From Oscillospiraceae bacterium (lineage in GTDB: Bacteria > Bacillota_I > Bacilli_A > RF39 > UBA660): a DNA stretch of 64,000 bases. This document shows positions 60,058 to 64,000 of this stretch, in pieces. Where the stretch lies: assembly GCA_963632935.1 (NCBI GenBank), contig CAVGWA010000001.1, positions 20,216-84,215 on the forward strand, given 5' to 3'. Position 1 is the first letter of the stretch. Every line of letters begins with the position of its first letter. The position numbers and the translations under genes are program-made. The notes under the pieces are model-generated. The model ran no database searches and had not been told where the DNA came from. It was given only the letters and a program-made list of their open reading frames with translations.

Positions 60058-60507
60058 TTATAATTTTCGTTTTTTTAAAACTAATAGTAGTTTTGTTGCC
60101 CTTAGAATTTGATTTTCTAGTGAGGGATATGATATATCAAGGTTTAATTCTGTTCCATTCATGAATGTTATTTTGCTTTGATAATCATTTTTTTCATATT
60201 TTAAAATATTATTTAATGAAATCCAAATGCATTCTTTTATTTCTGGTGAAGTTGTGGGAAAAAATATTATTTCTCTAGTTTCTTCAAGTATTATGGGTAA
60301 TTTGTATTTCATACCTAGTGCATATTTTGATGCTTCATTTCTTCCATTTAAAGTACTTCCATAGTATTTGCAATTATATTTAAGTAATTCCCTCACTGAT
60401 TTGTTTACTATTATTGTTTCATTTCCTGCAATTATTTTTGCTGTATTATTATTTTCTGGCATTATTGCATATGTTTCGCTATTAATCTCATAATTTTTGT
60501 CAAACAT
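60058..60507 (-). CDS. comK: ComK-family protein (competence transcription factor-like). It sits where yaaA (S4-domain RlbA) lies in Bacillus.
   Basis: Collinear motif matches to B. subtilis ComK: YEINSETYAIMPE / YEVNGATIAVLPE; YYGSTLNGR / FFGSSYAGR; IIFFPTTSP...CIWIS / IFLFPTLSS...CGWIS; ITFMNGTELNLDISYPSLENQILRA / VTFSNGKTMELPISYNSFENQVYRT. Confidence 0.55.
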   Translation of the reverse strand: MFDKNYEINSETYAIMPENNNTAKIIAGNETIIVNKSVRELLKYNCKYYGSTLNGRNEASKYALGMKYKLPIILEETREIIFFPTTSPEIKECIWISLNNILKYEKNDYQSKITFMNGTELNLDISYPSLENQILRATKLLLVLKKRKL

Positions 60508-60607
60508 AATCTTCCTCCTTTTTTTGAAACAACTCTCTTATACTCATAATGAATGTCAAAATTTGTTGTTTTTTGTCGATATGGTGGAAAAACTTAAAAA
60601 AAAGAAC

Positions 60608-61729
60608 TTAATATGTCCTAATTGGTAAAATTAGTTGTATTAAGTCGTCATTTTCTACATTTTTAAGAATTATTGGTTTTATTTCTCCGTTAAACATCAA
60701 TTCTATATCATTTGTTTCTAATGATTTAATTGCTTCCATCATATATTTTGAATTGAAGGCAATTTTTATTTCTGAATTATTGTTTTTTTCTATTTCTATT
60801 TTTTCTTCTACATTTCCTATTTCAGGAATATTTGAGGAGATGAGTGCTATATCGTTTGTTGATTCAAATTTTATTGTGTTTTTATCACTTTCATTTGTAA
60901 GAAGTGAGGCTCTATCAATGGCACTATATAAATCATCATATTTAACTTTCATTGTTAATTCAAAATTTTCTGGGATTAATTTAGATGTATCTGGATAAGT
61001 ACCACTTATTAATCTTGTCATCATTGTGATTGTTCCAAATCTGAATACTGCTTTATTTGCAAATATGTGCATTTCTATATCTTTTTCATCATCATTCATT
61101 AATTTAACTAATTCATTTAAATTCTTTGTAGGTATTATTATATTTGAATTTTCTGAGGCTTTTGTATCTAATTTTATTGTTTTAACTGCTAGTCTATATG
61201 AATCGGTTGCGGTGCATTTTATTATATCATCATTTATTTTAAAATTTATACCAGTTAAAACAGGTCTTGTTTCACTTACTGAGGTTGCAAATGATGTTTG
61301 ATTTATTATTGTTTTAAATAGTTTTTGATTTAATGTTATAGGATTTTGATTAAATTCTAATTCTAAATCTGGAAATTCATTTACATTGCTACAATTTAGA
61401 GTGAATGAAGAGTTTTTTGTTGTGATATATAGCTTAGAGTCAATTACTTCTTCTAAATTTATTATTTCATCTGGTAATTTTCTTATTATTTCATATATAT
61501 ATTTACCTGATACAACTATTTCTCCTTTTGTATCTATTTTAATTATATTTTTTTTATCTATAAATGTTTTAATTGATATATCACTATCTGTACTCATTAA
61601 ATACATTCCTTCATCTGTTAATTCAAATTTTATACAGTTTAATATTGGTCTTAAATTTTTGTTTGATATTCCTTTAATTACATAATTTAAATGTTCTAAT
61701 AGAACAGATTGTTTAATTTCTAATTTCAT
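60608..61729 (-). CDS. dnaN: DNA polymerase III beta sliding clamp.
   Basis: 373 aa. Three-domain clamp. N-terminus MKLEIKQSVLLEHLNYV typical. Confidence 0.9.
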   Translation of the reverse strand: MKLEIKQSVLLEHLNYVIKGISNKNLRPILNCIKFELTDEGMYLMSTDSDISIKTFIDKKNIIKIDTKGEIVVSGKYIYEIIRKLPDEIINLEEVIDSKLYITTKNSSFTLNCSNVNEFPDLELEFNQNPITLNQKLFKTIINQTSFATSVSETRPVLTGINFKINDDIIKCTATDSYRLAVKTIKLDTKASENSNIIIPTKNLNELVKLMNDDEKDIEMHIFANKAVFRFGTITMMTRLISGTYPDTSKLIPENFELTMKVKYDDLYSAIDRASLLTNESDKNTIKFESTNDIALISSNIPEIGNVEEKIEIEKNNNSEIKIAFNSKYMMEAIKSLETNDIELMFNGEIKPIILKNVENDDLIQLILPIRTY

Positions 61730-61781
61730 AAATTTTCTCCTTTATTTTTTTATTTTTAAATATATTCTTTATTATTGGTGT

Positions 61782-61863
61782 GGAAAAAGTTGATAACTAT
61801 AATTTTCCCTTGAAATATAAAGTTAAATCATTACTTTACACCATGTGGATAAATGTGGAAAAG
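61782..61863. promoter_or_regulatory. DnaA-box cluster between dnaA and dnaN (TGTGGAAAA, TGTGGATAA, TGTGGAAAA) with adjacent AT-rich tract. Downstream part of a bipartite oriC.
   Basis: One perfect and two single-mismatch DnaA boxes seen directly at 61782, 61844, 61855. Confidence 0.6.
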
Positions 61864-61874
61864 AATGTTTTTTT

Positions 61875-63221
61875 TCACTCTTTAATTTGATTTATTATTT
61901 TTGATATTTCTATTTCTAAGTTTTTATCTTTTTTTAGTTCTCTTTTTATTTTTGCAACTGAGTGCATTACTGTAGTATGGTCTTTCCCTCCAAATTCACT
62001 TCCTATTTTTGGTAAAGATTCTTTTAGATGTATCCTACATATATACATTCCTATTTGTCTTGGTACTGCTATTTTAGATAATCTTTTTTTAGATTTTATA
62101 TCTTCCACAGTTATATTGTAATTATTTGCGACTAGTTGTATTACTTGATCTATTTTATTTCTTGATATTATATTTTTTCCAATATAGTCTTTTAAAGCTT
62201 CTACAGCAAGTTCTAGGGTTATTTCAGAACCATTCATTATTGTGGCGTATGCTAATACGCGGGTTAAAGCACCTTCTAATTTTCTTATGTCAGTTGTGCA
62301 GTTGTTAGCAATATATTCTTTAACTTCCATTGGTACAAAGCTTTTCATATCATGTGCTTCTATTTTTTTATCTAATATTGCTAATCTTAGGTTTAATTCG
62401 GGTGGTAATATGTCTATGGTTAATCCCCAGTTAAATCTGGTTCTTAATCTTTCTTCTAGTTTTTTTAAGTCATCTGGTGATCTATCTGATGAAATAATTA
62501 TTTGTTTATTGTTTGTGTGTAAATCATTGAATGTGTTGAAAAATTCTTGTTGTGTTTTGCTGGCAATTTCTAAATATTGTATATCATCTATCATTAAAAC
62601 ATCAATGTCACGGTATTTTCTTTTAAAGTTATCCACAGCCTTGAAATTACTAGTTTCATTTTTTCTATATATATTAAGAAAGTCGTCTACAAATTTTTCA
62701 CTAGTAACATATAGAACTTTTTTATTAGATGTTGAAACGATGTAATTTCCTATGGCGTGCATAAGATGTGTTTTTCCTAGACCGCTTGAGCCATATATAA
62801 ATAGTGGATTATACATAGCACCTGGTTTTTCAGCAACTGCTAGCCCTATAGCTTTAGCAAATTTATTACTTTCTCCAGATATAAAATTATCAAATGTGTA
62901 TTTACTATCTAGTCCACTTTCAAATACTGCTTCATTGTTTTCTTCATTTTCTTCATTTGGTTCAATATTGTTTATTTCATTAGGTGTTACATATTTAAAT
63001 TTAAAAATTGAGCCAGTTACTTCCATAAATGTTTCTTTGATAATTTCTCCATAATTTTCTTTTAAATGTTTTTTATGTACATCTAATGGAACTTCAATTA
63101 TTGCATATTCATTATTTAAATCTATTAATTTTGTATCTTTAAACCATGTTTGAAACAAAACAGGTTTTAATTTTATTTCCATTTTAGATAAAAAAACGGT
63201 CCACATGCTTTCTAAATCCAT
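61875..63221 (-). CDS. dnaA: chromosomal replication initiator DnaA.
   Basis: AAA+ Walker A GSSGLGKTHL. Domain IV DnaA signature (basic-loop and HTH region). 448 aa. Confidence 0.95.
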   Translation of the reverse strand: MDLESMWTVFLSKMEIKLKPVLFQTWFKDTKLIDLNNEYAIIEVPLDVHKKHLKENYGEIIKETFMEVTGSIFKFKYVTPNEINNIEPNEENEENNEAVFESGLDSKYTFDNFISGESNKFAKAIGLAVAEKPGAMYNPLFIYGSSGLGKTHLMHAIGNYIVSTSNKKVLYVTSEKFVDDFLNIYRKNETSNFKAVDNFKRKYRDIDVLMIDDIQYLEIASKTQQEFFNTFNDLHTNNKQIIISSDRSPDDLKKLEERLRTRFNWGLTIDILPPELNLRLAILDKKIEAHDMKSFVPMEVKEYIANNCTTDIRKLEGALTRVLAYATIMNGSEITLELAVEALKDYIGKNIISRNKIDQVIQLVANNYNITVEDIKSKKRLSKIAVPRQIGMYICRIHLKESLPKIGSEFGGKDHTTVMHSVAKIKRELKKDKNLEIEISKIINQIKE

Positions 63222-63224
63222 ATT

Positions 63225-63660
63225 ATCCCCCCATATGTGTTTTTTTGAACATCCATTTCCATTTTACATTATTTTTACATTTTTTTCTATAAAAACTGTG
63301 GAAAATAGGTAAAAAAGTTTTAAACATGATTTTATTGTCGAAAAATATCGGTTTATAGTAGATATGCACATATTGTGTGGATAAATAAATTTGCACATTT
63401 GTTGATAAATTATAATTATTCACATATGTTGAAAAGTAGAAAATTGTCTTTTTTATTGACAATTTTTTTGTGTGGAAAATAAAAAAATATAAAACTTAAA
63501 AATTTTATACTGTGGAAAACTCAATATTTGCATTTGGGTTTTATTTGTGTTATAATGCATGTGTTTTTTTTAATTAAATTTTGTTTTAATAAATTGACAT
63601 TTGATTGTTTTATCTATATAATTTATTAAGCAATGTGATTTTTATTTAGGAGGTGGATTT
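63225..63660. promoter_or_regulatory. oriC upstream part / dnaA promoter region with DnaA boxes and an AT-rich tract.
   Basis: DnaA boxes at 63297-63305 (TGTGGAAAA), 63376-63384 (TGTGGATAA, perfect), 63471-63479 and 63511-63519 (TGTGGAAAA), 63416-63424 (TTATTCACA). Very AT-rich stretch 63540-63620. Divergent dnaA and rpmH. Confidence 0.75.
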
Positions 63661-63661
63661 G

Positions 63662-63787
63662 ATGTCAAAGAGAACTTTTCAACCAAATACTCGTAGAAGA
63701 AGTAAAAAAATGGGATTTTTTGCTCGTATGAAAGCAGGTATTGTTAATAGAAGAAGAAACAAAGGCCGCAAGGTATTATCTCATTAA
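63662..63787 (+). CDS. rpmH: 50S ribosomal protein L34 (41 aa).
   Basis: MSKRTFQPNTRRRSKKMGFFARM...RRRNKGRKVLSH, a typical L34 sequence. RBS GGAGGTGG. Confidence 0.9.
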   Translation: MSKRTFQPNTRRRSKKMGFFARMKAGIVNRRRNKGRKVLSH

Positions 63788-63837
63788 ATTGCCACTGCTG
63801 GCGAAAGCGGTGGTTTTATTTTTATTATGGTGATGTT

Positions 63838-64000
63838 ATGAAAAAAATAAATATTGTTAAGGAAAATAGAGAATATAGTCGTATTATTCAAAATAATAAA
63901 CCTTTTAAGTATAAGGATTATATTATATATATAGATAAAAGAAATAATGATGTATACAAATTTGGATTTTCTGTAGGTAAGAAGATTGGTAATGCTGTTG
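63838..64000 (+). CDS. rnpA: ribonuclease P protein component, 5' part. Continues beyond the window.
   Basis: FGFSVGKKIGNAV motif characteristic of RnpA. Follows rpmH. Confidence 0.8.
   Translation, partial: MKKINIVKENREYSRIIQNNKPFKYKDYIIYIDKRNNDVYKFGFSVGKKIGNAV

Noticed and set aside
63790-63830. Hairpin (CCACTGCTGGCGAAAGCGGTGG) plus T-tract after rpmH as a full terminator separating rpmH from rnpA.
   Set aside because: The stem has a mismatch, and rpmH-rnpA are usually co-transcribed. It may be an attenuator or a leaky terminator. Not called as a firm feature.
1-64000. Possibility of a Mollicutes-type genetic code (TGA = Trp), given the very low GC and the short L34.
   Set aside because: Long conserved genes (gyrA, gyrB, dnaX, metG, typA) read through cleanly with the standard code. 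Sporulation genes (cotJ, spoVT, bofA, yaaT) are present.

Overview
The window is AT-rich DNA (about 27-28% GC, estimated by eye) from an endospore-forming Firmicute, read with the standard genetic code. It has two parts.

(1) Positions ~943-29336 are an intact-looking siphovirus-type prophage of about 28.4 kb. On the minus strand it carries endolysin, holin, tail collar/fibre, Tal, Dit, tape measure, major tail, head-tail connectors, HK97-type capsid, prohead protease, portal, large and small terminase, HNH endonuclease, and an early/replication region with SSB and a DnaD-like protein. On the plus strand it carries a divergent XRE CI/Cro-like switch, a membrane HIRAN-domain protein, a MazF/PemK-like protein and a large serine recombinase. 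The prophage sits inside the spore-coat gene cotJC. The conserved CotJC N-terminus (MWKYEKKLQYPVNI...TQYGGP) is at 851-946. The rest of the gene (AGELAAAFQYLDQRYN...) resumes at 29340. An 11-bp identical core TATGGTGGACC is present at both junctions. cotJB lies immediately upstream. This is a skin/SPbeta-style sporulation-gene intervening element.

(2) Positions 29.8-64 kb are origin-proximal chromosome with compacted Bacillus-like synteny, mostly on the minus strand: a lipoprotein gene, typA, a NUDIX hydrolase, a DUF421 protein, tagO/wecA, an M18 aminopeptidase, mreB, a CBS-pyrophosphatase, spoVT, a T-box leader with metG, ksgA, a yabE-like gene, tatD, rsmI, yabB, yaaT, holB, a bofA-like gene, recR, ybaB, dnaX, tadA, small SRP RNA, gyrA, gyrB, recF, a ComK-like gene, dnaN, dnaA, then divergent rpmH-rnpA. 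oriC DnaA boxes flank dnaA. Between the SRP RNA and gyrA lies a 1.3-kb ORF-free region. It contains seven consensus ParB-binding parS sites (TGTTTCACGTGAAACA) embedded in a tandem ~0.5-kb duplication.
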